DNA of 51,616 nucleotides from Peribolospora baueri (lineage: Eukaryota): assembly GCA_029717555.1 (NCBI GenBank), contig JAMDHS010000120.1, positions 1-51,616 of the forward strand. Reading direction: 5' to 3'. Every line of letters starts with the position of its first letter. Position 1 is the first letter of the stretch. Below the pieces are notes generated by a model, which saw only the letters and a program-made list of their open reading frames with translations, was not told the DNA's origin and made no database searches. A program made the position numbers and the translations under genes. Shown in pieces: positions 23,001-36,581 of this stretch.

Positions 23001-25647
23001 TCAACCGCCACCCACAACTTGACCCCCTACCCCCGCATCTCGCCACCCCTTCTCACCCTTCAGCCCCTCATACCACTCCTTCTCCAACCCGGCTTTCCGT
23101 CGATCCGCAGCGTTGAAAGGCCCCTTGAGCGCGCCGCTAAAGTGGGTTCGCACTTCATCGCGGAACACTTTCACCGGATCCAAAGGGGGCACCGCGGACG
23201 AGCAGAGGTAGAGAAGCCAGCGGTGGCCTGTTGCAACGTGCTGAGGAGGGGGAAGAAGAGATCGCGCGAGTTTGTATTAGACCCTCGGAGAAACGCTGGT
23301 GAGCCAGCGTTTGACTTGCACGGAGTTCCGTCCTGCTCACCGTTACTTCGTCGTTGTGGACGATGTTTAGGATTCTGTCGAGAAGGAACAAAAAGTGGGC
23401 CGATCAGGCACATTATTCCGAACGTCCCAGGAAAAGAATGTCGTCGTACGCGAGCGGCGGAGACAGGGACGACCAATGCTGAATACCCATACATACCTAA
23501 CACTCTCCGCGTCCCCAGCCGCCTCGAACTTCTTGATCGTCACTGGGTTGACCTGCATAGCAAAAGGAAATGAAATGAACGGGAATGACCAAGTCGGTCA
23601 GTTCGAACGAAGCGGCGGAGCCTCCACAGCCACCTCTCACGAAAAGAAAGGGAGAAAAGGACGCACATCGAGGCCCCGAGCCTCGTGAACCAGATGTATT
23701 ATACACAGTCTAGACAGCAACGAGTGCGCCGTCGTTCTTGCAGACTCCCAGAGGCCATGATGAACGGGCAAGGCGCCAAAGTGGGAGCCCATCTCTTCTA
23801 GTCGCTTCGAGAGGAGGGAAAAGTGCTTCGCTTCGTCTTCCGCTACCTGGGTTTAGTCCGTTTCGTACGGTCAGAAGTGAGTGAAGAAGATCAGTCTGGG
23901 CGGCCGCTGTGCTCTTTTACCTCGGCACCCCTCCGTATCCCAACTCACCTTTGCAAAGTCGGCGAAGAATTGGACAGGCAGCGGCCGGCCCTGACCTTCT
24001 CCTCCCCACTCCTTGCCCCCGACGCGAACATGAGCGAACCGGGCTATGATGTCCCAGCTGTGAAAGGAAGGCCGTCGTTGTTCAGTGTAGGTGAAGGATT
24101 CCATTTTGTCTCCTCCTTCAAGCGCTCACCTGAGGTCGATGGCCCATTGTTCGATGTTCGCTAGTGAGTCTATGAACCAAACGGAGATGGTAGGACGTCA
24201 CCGAGTTAGCCAAACCAGAGTACGCGGCCGATCCCAACGAACACAGCGAGGAATGAGATGAAGAAGAAGTTTTCCTTCGATCCGACTCGACTCACGAAGC
24301 AAAGCGATCCGGCTTTTCTCGCTTCCTCCCTTCCCCCTCCTCCCCATTTTTCCGGGTTCGACCTTCACTTCGCTCTCATCCCTCTCCGGCACGTCCGGAG
24401 GTCTTTCTTCCTCCTTCTCCAGAAGACCTCGAACGCGTGTGATCCGCCCCGACCGGAATGCTGATACAGCTTGACGTGTCAGGGCAACTTTGGCAGCCGG
24501 AGAGGGTGTGCGGAGGATGAGCGAGGCGAAAGATGTGAGCGTGCGCGGGAGGGCATCGTCAGGTATTGGGGTTGGCCTTGGTACGTCGTTGGATGAGGTT
24601 AGGACTGATGGCGCAGACGACGTTTCAAAGTTTTCGGCTGAGTGCGCTGCAGGCTTTGATTTCGGTAAGGTGGGAAAGGCTGCAATACAGGAAGAGAGAA
24701 ATAAGAATGTACACGGGCTACCTAGGAGAAGCAGCGAGAGACGCCAGAGCCTCAAACAAGGCGCCAGCTCACCTTCGCTAACAGGCCGCACCTCCACCAC
24801 TTCCCAATCAGAGCCCATTCCTCTTGTCCCGCCCACACCATCACCATCCTCCTGCGTCACATCGTTTCCCGAGGAACCACCCTCAAGCTCCCTGCCCCCC
24901 AGCGACGGCGTCTCCACCCACACCATCCCGTCGATCTGACGGACCTCGTACACACATGTTCGCATGCCCGTCGAAGACTCGCCGGTGGAGAGAGAAAAGT
25001 CGCTAAATAACGCGAGAATGTCGAAAGAAACGGGTGAGGATACAAGACAGGGTCGGCCATGACAGTGAGGAAAGTGTGAGAGCTCACTATTCATGCCAAG
25101 GACATCTGTGGGCACGTACGTTTACAGCGCCAGAGGGTAAGCGGCAGGAAGTCAGTCGTTCAGGAGTGCGAGTGACGGCCGGCCGCGAGAGGCTCAGAGA
25201 AAGGAGAAGCAAGGCTCACACCGCTACGATGTCGTCCATGCCCTCCTCGATTTCCACCTCCTCCAACGAGGCGTTTTCCATCGGCCCTCCAGCGTGCGGA
25301 CATGTTGCTTCCATACAGTACCATCTCCCTCTATCGGCCTCGTCTGGGGTCTCGCGGGTGCCTTCTGCACCGTCAATCTCTCCGTCCTCGTGTCTCTCCT
25401 CTCCTGTTCGAACCTCCGGTGGGGGAGAGACGAAGCGGTAAAGGACGAGGGAATGATACGTCCGGCTGGCGTCCTTGGACCGTAAGGTAAGGACGTGGCG
25501 CGCGGAGCTGGAGAATGAAGTGCTCGCGATGGGCACGAATGCGGAGAGCGGTTTCTTCAAGCCGGCCTTGTACGAGGAGGACTGTCTTAGACCTGAGTGA
25601 CGCATATTGGGGAGCGATGCGCCCAGCGAGGCGACGTCGATGGCCAT
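23001..25647 (-). CDS. Rieske [2Fe-2S] domain fused to a DUF455 ferritin-like domain, multi-exon
   Basis: Rieske ligands CPHAGGP...CPWH..DFSLSTGES. DUF455 motifs SRIALLHSLANIEQWAIDLSWDIIARF, VAEDEAKHF, LPVHHGLWE, IIHLVHEARGLD, HNDEVT/HVATGHRW and LKGPFN..DR.KAGL. Confidence 0.88.
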
Positions 25648-25955
25648 CTTGGTCTTTGTTTGTCGCCAGACGATGGCGAGTCGAGGCGATCGTATGAAAT
25701 GCTGCGGGCGTGATTGTGATGTGATAAACGACAGCGGCGACGACTCTTTCGTCTCATCTCCTCGCACACCTCTACGCCCTGTATGTTGTTATCTTCTACT
25801 TCCACGTCAACCTGACTCGCCCTATCCTCGCCCGTTCCTTCGCCCTAGCGTCCTCGCGAAGGCCCGCTCTCCTCGTTCCTCTTCAAACCGTCCATCCCCA
25901 CTGGCTGTCCGTCCCGCTCACACAGGCCACCTTCGCCCTTTCCCCGCGCCCAACC

Positions 25956-27933
<1,978 letters not shown>

Positions 27934-28203
27934 CTCTTCCCTTCCCTTTCTCTTTCGGACTGGAGCAACCTTGTCATCGCGACTGATCGAATCGATCTCC
28001 ATGGCCGTACGTGCGTACGTGCATGTGAACAAATATCACTTTCCTGCTTTGAAGTTGCGGAGTAGAGCAAGCGCAGATCCCGCATCGGATTCCTGGAGAG
28101 TATACGGGCAAGTACACTCGAAGAGCCATTGAGAGGAGGCACAGGTCCGCCATCAGTTCGACGGCCAGAACTGGTATCGAGGCGAACTCCCGGCGCGTCG
28201 CGT

Positions 28204-30382
28204 TCACTCGTTGATCACGAGCCTGACGTCGCAAGCACAGGAGCGCGCATCAGAGGATCGAACGTTAGTCAGCCTTTGTCCGCTCTCATTCTGCCGCCCA
28301 TCCTGTTCCTCGTCCACGTTCTGCTCCCCCGTACGACGGAGACGGGCAGACAGACAGCGGCAGCGTTGGGCGGAGCGATGGACTCACTCGAACGAGCTGA
28401 AGTAAACCTTCTGGTCAGTGGGTGTTTGATAGGTGGAATCGGAGCCTCCGAAAAAGGTGGAAAAGAAGATACCGGCGCTGCGCGGGGAGGGGTAGGGTTT
28501 GTTCGTGCGCAGAGAGCGACGTATTGTGAGCGTCAGTTGCGTTATGAACGACAGAGGGAAAGAGGATGTACGGGGACAGGGTGCGATAAGACATGACACT
28601 CACAAGCCTGCGCCAGAGGTATAATAGACTTGATCGAACGTGGCTACCATCTCGTTCTCGAACCACACTGTGGGGGCACGACAATGTTTGAAACCATCAG
28701 CCCTCTTCCTTCGCCGTCTCCTCTTATCGAGCTAAACAGAGATTGCCCGCATCGGGCGGCTCACGGTTGAATGCCCCATCAGCTTTATCGGGCGAGGAAT
28801 TGAGCTTGATGTCCTGCCTGACGCTGCTCCACGAACCGTTATTGAACGTCCACGAGCCGCGGGCGATGCTGTCGCCATAGGACGGGTCGCAGACCGTCTT
28901 GGGCTGGGAGGGGAGGAAAGCCAGACGGGAGGCCCGACAAGGGTGGAGAGAAAACGGACGGCGCTTGGGTGAGCGATATCCGAAAAGTTTTGGAAAAGTG
29001 GGAACGATCAATCTAATTCGTCCGCTCACCGGCACATCGCAAAGGGCCGGAACTTGCTTGCTTTGGTCTGCGAGCAGACATCGACCGTTCGAGAAGGGAA
29101 GACGATAAGACGAGGAACGACAGGATTCGATCAGTGAAGTGAGTGACCCCGAGTCGTTCGAGTCTATCACCAGCACGTAAGCTCTAAACTGGTCCTCGTT
29201 CAAAATATCAGGCTTACCAGCATACAAATAGAGCTCGCCGGCACCGTCTTGTCTCCACATCAGGCGCGTGCTGAAGCAGTCTGTGGCAGCGTTTCCGCCT
29301 GAGCAGCCCTGTTCCGGGTGAAAAAGCGAATTGAACGCACGTCAATCGAGGGAACTTTGCTGCGCAGACCCAAGGAGGGATCATGCCATAACTGACCTTA
29401 GCTCCACCGCTGTATGGAGAGAAGATGACCGGGGACATACAGTGTCATGTCAACAGTCTTACTTCTTAATGCTCACACGGCCTTCAAGGAAGTCCATGGA
29501 AGAGGCCAATCTCCTAAGAGTGGAAACGTTCGCTCACTAAAGTCCAGGCAGCTTTCCACCTTTGACCCTGTGTGATAGGAGATGGCATCCGATGGAATGG
29601 TAAGCACGGCATACGTTAAGGCTTGCGACGCCAGAGTCCTAGAGGGAATTGCCGACTCGCCAATTGAAGCCCTGATAGTAGCCATCGAGCCAAGGAGAGG
29701 AAAAAAAAAGTGAGTGATGGGTCGTCTACGTCAATCATACACCATGACACCCCCCAGCTGCGAATTCAACCCTATCACACACATTAGGGAAGAAGACGTC
29801 ATAGGAGAAGGTGACGTTCTTGGCCGTGCTGAGGTCGATGGGACTGGCGTAGAACTGGGAGCCTCCTATGGGAGAGTGTTGGGGATTACGGGAGCCTGTT
29901 AGAAAGAGAAAGATGGACTGTGTGAGCGAGCAGGAGAGTACGTTCATCCGCGGGGACGGGATCTTGCTTACTCACCGGCGGGGTAGTCAATCTAGACAGC
30001 GGCCACAGCCAACCAAAGGAAAGAAAGGAACGGGAGGAGTTAAGCAAAGATACAGCGACCAAGGCAGATGCGCATCCTTGCTAACCTGGATAACCGAGCC
30101 ATTCGTTTTATTCGAAGACGGACCGTAAGCGCTGTCGGGCACTCCGGACGTCAAGATCTGCACATTGTTCTTGCCAGAGGACCAAGACAGTGTGCTTCCC
30201 CAGGGCGACCAGTCTGTGAAATTGGCGGGGAGAGACCAACTGTTCGCGGCGGGCTTGGAGGACATGAGGTCGCGATAGCGGGGAAGGGAGCCATGCAGGC
30301 GGGCCTCTGCAGCGGGTGCTGGAGAGAAGAGAGGAAGAAGGGAAAAAGCCACGAAGGAAGGGACGGTCAGCTTGAGATGCAT
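28204..30382 (-). CDS. Secreted polysaccharide lyase family 14 (alginate/glucuronan lyase-like), many exons including micro-exons
   Basis: N-terminal signal peptide. Spliced IDYPAGSRNP..GGSQFYA..FSYDVFFPN/GFNW/VKGGKLPGLY/GGAK/GCSGG..CFSTRLMWRQDGAGELYLYA..YGDSIARGSWTF..GIFFSTFFGGSD. Confidence 0.9.
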
Positions 30383-30957
30383 GGTGGGGCTAGGGAGCTG
30401 TGGATGGTGAAGAGAAGAGGCGGGTTACTGAGCGGGCGGGAGCGAGGCGAGAGGAGAAGACGAGAACGCCAGTCGGTCCCTTCTGTCTGATATGTACTCT
30501 ACAAGGTCAGAAAGCGGTTGCTCACCTACCCACCTACACGGCGAGACGGAGCGATCGCTCCGCCCTCGTGATTACCGGCGGCTCGCAAGCGCACGATCGG
30601 TCGCACATTCACCTTGTCGTTCACACTATCGTCACCGGCCCTGCAGCAAATGGATACGTGAGGTGAAAGCAAGGCGGATATTCTTGACCCAGTCGGAGGA
30701 GGACAGTTTGGGAAACGCCGGTCGCGCCTCCATCACGCGATTACTAAGTCGGCTAATGCACGCCGTCGATCAGCCGTCGGCCCGCAAATGACATTGCCAA
30801 TGTGGGCTAGCCCGGTCATCCCCGCTTTTCCATTTCCTCTTCCGTAGAGATTGCCCTAGACGTGGCGCCATCGCTCCACCGTTTTACCTCTCTTCCTTTT
30901 TACTCTCCCACCGTATAACCCTGCTCCACTTCTTCCTGTTTCTCTGACTCACTCACA

Positions 30958-31070
30958 TGTTGAGTCATACTCGTGTGTCCTGTACTATAAAAGGGGTCAC
31001 TCATCGGGTTCCGAATGTGGGACAAGATCGTCCTCACGTACGCGGCTGAGACAGCACGTGAGCGCTCACA
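30958..31070. mobile_element. Possible solo LTR or LTR fragment of a second family
   Basis: 113-bp segment starting TGTTGAG and ending CTCACA, with an internal TATAAAAGGGG, abutting the copia LTR; no clear TSD. Confidence 0.3.
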
Positions 31071-31071
31071 A

Positions 31072-31188
31072 TGTTGGAACTAGCGGTGGATGGACGGAAG
31101 TCGATGCTATTGGTTCATAAGAGAAGAGAACATGCAAAAAGGAAAGCCGCAGAGGTAGAGGAAAGACGGCAGTACTAGGGTTATACCA
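31072..31188 (-). repeat. 3' (left) LTR
   Basis: Direct repeat of 33147-33264 (roughly 90% identical by eye); TG...CA termini. Confidence 0.88.
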
Positions 31189-31455
31189 AGTATATCTCTG
31201 CGGCCCTCGCGGCTAGGGAGGCGATCTGGCTCAAGCGGCTTGACGCTGGCGCAGATAGGAAAGGGGAAAAGGAAGCGAATCGTTTTCGCCGGATGGCGTA
31301 GCCGACGAAGAAAAGGCCCTGTTACCAGTTGATACAGGAAAGATCGGGAAACGTGCTGGAAGCGATATGATGGTAGTAATTGTCTGTCTTTTCATCCAGC
31401 GTCAAGCCGCTTGAGCCAGATCGCCTCCCTAGCCGCGAGGGCGGAAAGATATACT
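31189..31455. repeat. Inverted repeat with arms 31189-31249 and 31396-31455 (47-bp perfect core), derived from copia RNase H coding sequence
   Basis: gccctcgcggctagggaggcgatctggctcaagcggcttgacgctgg (31203-31249) is the exact reverse complement of 31396-31442. The left arm reads YISAALAAREAIWLKRL. Confidence 0.95.
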
Positions 31456-33010
31456 CCGCCTCCACAGTGGAAGAAGCGACTGCGCTTTGGCGTCTGCTAC
31501 TCCAGCTCACCGAGCCGCCGTTGCCCAGACTGAACGTGAATATGAGCTGCCGTCTTCAACGTGTTGCTAGCGATGTGACCAAGGCGCCTATGCCACGCCT
31601 GAGATCGCTAAGGCCTGCCGTCACCGGGGATCGTTCGTTCGCGTCCCCGACGTTGGGGAGTTGCGTCTCCGCGTCGTCGTCGGAGCTAAAGTCGCTTGCA
31701 TCCGAGTCGCCGTCACCCTCCGCCACCACCGGCTCTGCCGTTTCCTGGGCGTTGAGTGCCTGTGCGGGTGGCCTTTTGTTGAGAGGCGCGAGGTTAAGAA
31801 CGTAGAGCCCATTCCGAACGCGTCCTTTGGTGACCTCTTCCCTTTTTTGCTCTTGATCCTGGCCTCCTCATCACGCGCCTCAACGATGAAGCCGCGCTTG
31901 GTCAGCTGAGGGACCGAGAGAAGGTTCGCGACCAGTCCTGGTGCATAGAGGACGTCCCTGATCGATTCAGAGCTGCCGTCAGGGAAGACGAGGCGAACGA
32001 CGCCAGAGCCTGGGGCGTTCAGAGTCGCGTTGTTGCCCATGGTGACGCGGTGAGGAGTGCTGAAGGCATTATACTCCCCAAACTACTTCTTGTCGTTGGT
32101 CATGTGCTTACTAGCACCGCTGTCGAGCACCCAGTCATTCTTCTGAGCGTCGGCGTTGAAGTGAGCTTGCGCGGCAACGGCGGAGAAGGTCCAAGCGAAG
32201 GCGGCCCAGTCGTTCTTTTCGCCTTCCTTTTTCTTCTTCTCTTCCTCCATCCTCAGCGTTCGGCATTCGACCTTCTTGTGCCCAACCTTCCCGCAGTGAT
32301 GGCACTTGCCCTTGAACTTGTATTTCTTGAGTCGCGGCCATAGCAGTCTCAGCAGACGACGTCGGAGCATTTTAGGCAACTGTCTGCATCATCTCCTTCT
32401 CGATCTGCTTGACCTCGTGCATCAACTCGTCGGATGGTAGAGTCTCCGTGTGAAAGCGCCAGACTGCTTTGTGAACTTCAAAGGAGGAGGGCAGTCGCTC
32501 GAGGAGCATATAGGTGAAGTCCTCGTCAGCCAACGTCTCTCCTGCCTCGCGGAAGTTGTCTCGCAGGTCCATCATGCGCGCGAAGAAGGCGTTCATAGAC
32601 TCTTTTGGCTCCGGGTGCGTCTTTTTGAGCTCCGAACGCAAATTGAACCTAGTCGCCTTAGACTCGCCCGCGTGAATGTGCTCCAGGTCTGCCCACAGTT
32701 GCTTAGCCGACCTTCTCTCATTGATCTGGCTCAACTGGGTCCTTTCGAGCGTATCGATGATCGCCAGCCTGGCAATAGCGAGAACCCGCCGAAGGGTTTC
32801 GTGCGCCTGGTCCAGTTCGATCCAGTTGGAGTGATAGCTTACTGCCTCCTCCATATCGATGTCGGGCCCATTGGGGTCGATGAAGAACCAGAGCCCCGTC
32901 GACTCTAGGATGTTCGTCATCCTCCTTCTCCATCCGATGTAGTTCGGAGAGCTCAACTTCTGAGCTCCCTGCCAAGAGACAGCAGCGTTGTCCTTGACGC
33001 CCTTGACCAT
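31396..33010 (-). pseudogene. Copia gag-pol remnant (gag, zinc knuckle, protease, GAG-pre-integrase region, RNase H fragment)
   Basis: gag KLSSPNYIGWRRRMTNILESTGLW..LLERLPSSF; TAA at 32372-32374; frameshift near 32330; CHHCGKVGHKKVEC; WVLDSGASKHMT; TAG at 32083-32085; DVLYAPGLVANLLSV; SWSSRRQSAVASSTVEAEYI. Confidence 0.9.
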
Positions 33011-33132
33011 GTTCGCAATCTTGGCCTGCCTTCGGGACGGCTCACTGACCCTAGCTTGGGTGCGTCTGGCTCAGGATCGCCTCTTTCCGACTGAGGCGTC
33101 CCGGCCCTTCTGCCACCTCTACGAAGTCGATG

Positions 33133-33146
33133 CTGGGCTCATAACC
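33133..33146 (-). promoter_or_regulatory. Primer-binding site GGTTATGAGCCCAG (copia-type, internal initiator tRNA-Met fragment priming)
   Basis: Immediately follows the CA end of the 5' LTR; one mismatch from the Drosophila copia PBS GGTTATGGGCCCAG as I recall it. Confidence 0.85.
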
Positions 33147-33264
33147 TGTTGGAACTAGCGGTGGATGGACGGAAGTCGATGCTATTGGCTCATAAGAGAA
33201 GAGTGCATACAAAAAGGAAGACCGCAGAGGTAGAGGAAGACGGCAGTACTAGGCCGCAGTAACA
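33147..33264 (-). repeat. 5' (right) LTR
   Basis: TGTTACTG...TTCCAACA on the minus strand, followed by the PBS and gag. Confidence 0.9.
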
Positions 33265-33536
33265 CAGTTGCCTACATAATCAGCCGCGTAACCACGGTGC
33301 TCGTCGCCGATCTCCAACTCACCAATTGGAGCACGTGATCCGTCGACGGCTAGAATGACGCGGCTCCCGGCCAAAGGTTAGGGTTACGTCCACGCGTACC
33401 CCGCCGAGCCCGCTGATCGGGGTACACGTCACCACATTTCTATTTCTAGGCGGAGACCCTCGGTGTATGACCACGTAGACAGCCTTGCACCACCATCCCT
33501 TCCATCTCAGCGAACCTCCTAGCAGCCACAACCACA

Positions 33537-34140
33537 ATGTTCAACCTCGCTCGCAGCGTCCCTCGTGCCACCATCTCCCTCGCCCCGCGGGCATCGGCGG
33601 TCGCAGGCACCACCATCTTCTCGCGCGGCTACGCCCTCGGCGACGATCGGAGGGAGGGCAGCACCGCTACGTCTAAGGGTTGGAGCGAGAAGGAGAGGGT
33701 GAGTTCGTGGCGCGGGCCGGGGAGCGATGCTCCATCCCCCAGCATGTGGACGGAGTGTACTTCTCGGGTATGATCGGAGACGGCCGATCGAATTCAGCCA
33801 ACGCGACTTACCACCGCTCGTGTGTGTATCACGCCCATCCTCCCCGTTCTCTTCAAATCCCCCTCCCCGCACGTCTTTCCCCCATCCTCGTTCTCCCTTC
33901 ACAGGCCGACGAGACTCGTTACGCTCGCCAGCAGGAGGAGGAGAAGATCAAGAAGAGTGGGTCACTTTGGCCTGGCTTCGTTCTCATCACTCTTTCCACG
34001 CTCATCTGTTTCTCCTTGCCCTCCTCCCTTCCCGCCCGCCCGCAGTCAAGGAGAGCATCAAGAAGCAGCGCGAAAGCCTCGACAACCTCGAGAAGGACCT
34101 CAACGAGCTCGGCGGGGGCTCTTCGTCCCAGAAGAAGTGA
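33537..34140 (+). CDS. INH1: Mitochondrial F1Fo-ATPase inhibitor (IF1/IATP), 3 exons
   Basis: Mitochondrial presequence MFNLARSVPRATISLAPR, then REGSTATSKGWSEKER/ADETRYARQQEEEKIKK/IKESIKKQRESLDNLEKDL coiled coil. Confidence 0.85.
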
Positions 34141-35062
34141 TCCCCCTTCCCCTGTCGCAAAGACGTCTAGAGCGTGATCGGTGGCCACGAGGCTCGCTCT
34201 TACCTCTCCTCGCCGGCATCCCGCAATCTCTACCTTTCCCTCCCTTCATCTGCATCTCACTGTTATGTAGCGTTGGCTGTAAGTCCAAACATTAATGTTC
34301 AAGTCATGTCAGGAAATCTGTGTTCGATCCTTTTGATCAGCGTTCGGTGTGGTATCGTGGCCTTTTACGTCCTGGACAGCGATCACTATCCGCGCTCGGC
34401 AGTATCCTGCGAGTCATGAAAGGATCGGCTGCTCTCACTCTGTTCATGCTCCTTTGCGCCGCCTTCGTGCTCTGCTCTGTCGCTCACGACTTCTACTCTA
34501 GCCATTGACCAGTCACAACCAGTCACAAGCTGTAATGGATCTGCGCCAGCCTTCGCCTCATCACTTCACATACCGGTACAGATCCGCTTCCACTTGAGAA
34601 ATGAGAACTTGAGGGCGATCTCTTTGCTCCGGTTTCCAAGGCGTTTGGGTCTCTTATTGGTACCCTGTCTCTATCCCACTCTTTAGTAAACTTCTGGTAG
34701 AATCGTGGGCGAAAAGGAGGCAGCGCCTGTCGGAGCAAGGTTCCCGATCAGATCGAGAGCATCGATGGGAACGAGTAAACGGGAAGGGTACATGTGCAGG
34801 CTGCTGTGGGGGAGCCTCCTAGTCCACGTGCGTGAAACTCTACTCACCAATTCCCATACCAACATGCAACGACCGCCCTCTAGGCCGCTCGTTGCCCTGC
34901 CTTCCCTAGTGACACGAAAAACGCAAGGTTGATGTGTTGCGACACCGAGAAAAAGCACAAGTACATTCAAAAAACATTCTGTTGTACAAAAGGGAACAGA
35001 CGTCCATCTAAGCCATCATCGTCTGTCTCCAACCGAATCATTGCGTGCAAGCGGAGCGATCG

Positions 35063-36327
35063 TCATGTAAACCGTCTGACCACGAGAACGGCCAAAAGGC
35101 CAGCGACAAGGATCATCGCTCGGTCTACCCAAGTGGCGAGCGGCGTAGACAGCATGGTTACAGAGTTTCCGCGCGGTCTATGGTCTGTAGGAGTGTCCGG
35201 GCCTGACGAGGAGTTCCGAGCCGGACGATGAGAATGTCCAGGACTGGGACCCTGCGCCGGTGGCAATGAGGGCGGCGAGGTGGCCGCTTCATCTGTCTCA
35301 GCCCGAGACGCAGGTTGAGCAGCGTCATGAGAAGTCTCGGAGCGCAGCCCGCCAGACATGTCCACAGTAAGCCCGTCTGGAAGGGTCGGCTTGACGGCAG
35401 GTGCAGAGGAGTGCGATGGATTGGGCAGCAGCTCGAGGTTGGTGCATTCGCAAACGGGACAGCGCCAGTGATGAGACCTGCAGGGGAAGCCGGTCGACAT
35501 ATGAAGAAAAGACTTCCTTTCAGCGTGCGCCTGACAGGAACGGAGTAACATGAGAACTGGTAAAACGACACAGAGCTGATGACTCACGCCTTTGCCAGCC
35601 TCCTTCTCTCCTCTTCCGGATAGTCCAAACTGCCCACGCCAACGCCCTTCTCGCCTTTCGCGCTCATGAACGCCTGCACGCCGAGCAATGCAGTCCTAAC
35701 TCCCCATGCAGGTTGCCACATCTCTTCGTGGAAGCCGGTGAACGTGAGACAGATCTGTCAAGGGGAAACATAGCTCTGTGAGCCCCAGAACGTAAAAGAA
35801 AGCATGCGTGCCAATACGTCATGCTAGAAACTATCCGCACTCGCCTTCTTATTCAACTCCCACCTTCCGTTGGGAGTAAGCATCATCACGTTCGGCGGTC
35901 GGAAAGGGTATTCAGCGGGGAGACTTATACGGCCATGGTAGAGACCGTTTTCAAACTCTGTCTTCTCGGGACCACCTATAATGCAGAAAGAAAGAAGGAC
36001 AACGGTGAAAAGGGCGAGAAGATGCTTGGCAAGGACGATTTCACGAACCCTCCTCTGTAGACTCACGGAAAGTGAAGTGCCACTCGAAGATGTTATCCTC
36101 CAATGGAGCCGCGTGGTATTCCGTGCTCTTGTCCTCCTCCATCTCCCTAGCTTCAGACAGAATGCGCTTGACGGCTACGTCGGGGAAACGACACATACGA
36201 ACATGGACCGAACTCGTTAGTCTATTCGCGCCCCTTGAGCCGTGCCGCCACTCCAAAGCGCCAGTATGGTTCGTGCAGCCGCTCACTCACAAGCGCTCTT
36301 CCGGTTGTAGGAGGTTTTGGTGGCCAT
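35063..36327 (-). CDS. UBC6: Tail-anchored ubiquitin-conjugating enzyme E2 (UBE2J1/Ubc6 class), multi-exon
   Basis: MATKTSYNRKSAS/VKRILSEAREM..APLEDNIFEWHFT..YHGRISLPAEYPFRPP..TPNGRWELNKK/ICLTFTGFHEEMWQPAWGVRTAL; C-terminal TM helix. Confidence 0.92.
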
Positions 36328-36581
36328 ATTACTGGCGAGTTACCGGGTCCGCTCGTCGCCTCAGGCTCTGGAGCCGTTCAACAAGGTGGTGGTGAGAGAA
36401 GAACGTCACCAGTTGCGGTGGGACGATTCGAGCGTGCCAGCCTGGCCAGCCACGTGCGGCTACCCCACCCCTCGGTTGTTCGGCCGGCTTCTCGGATTGT
36501 GAGCGCCGCAGCAAGTTGGATTGCCTGGAAGTTCGCTACTCCCCTTTTTCTGACCAGCCCAGAACTGAACCCTTCACGACC

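Larger units (their letters stand above)
31072..33264 (-). mobile_element. Degenerate, internally deleted Ty1/copia LTR retrotransposon (~2.2 kb)
   Basis: Two ~118-bp LTRs (31072-31188, 33147-33264), copia-type PBS, gag, zinc knuckle, protease DSGA and an RNase H fragment. RT and most of integrase are missing; stops and a frameshift are present. Confidence 0.93.

Noticed and set aside
34416..34508. 30-aa ORF MKGSAALTLFMLLCAAFVLCSVAHDFYSSH resembling a signal peptide
   Set aside because: Stops right after the hydrophobic stretch, has no donor site to extend it and no supporting context; probably chance
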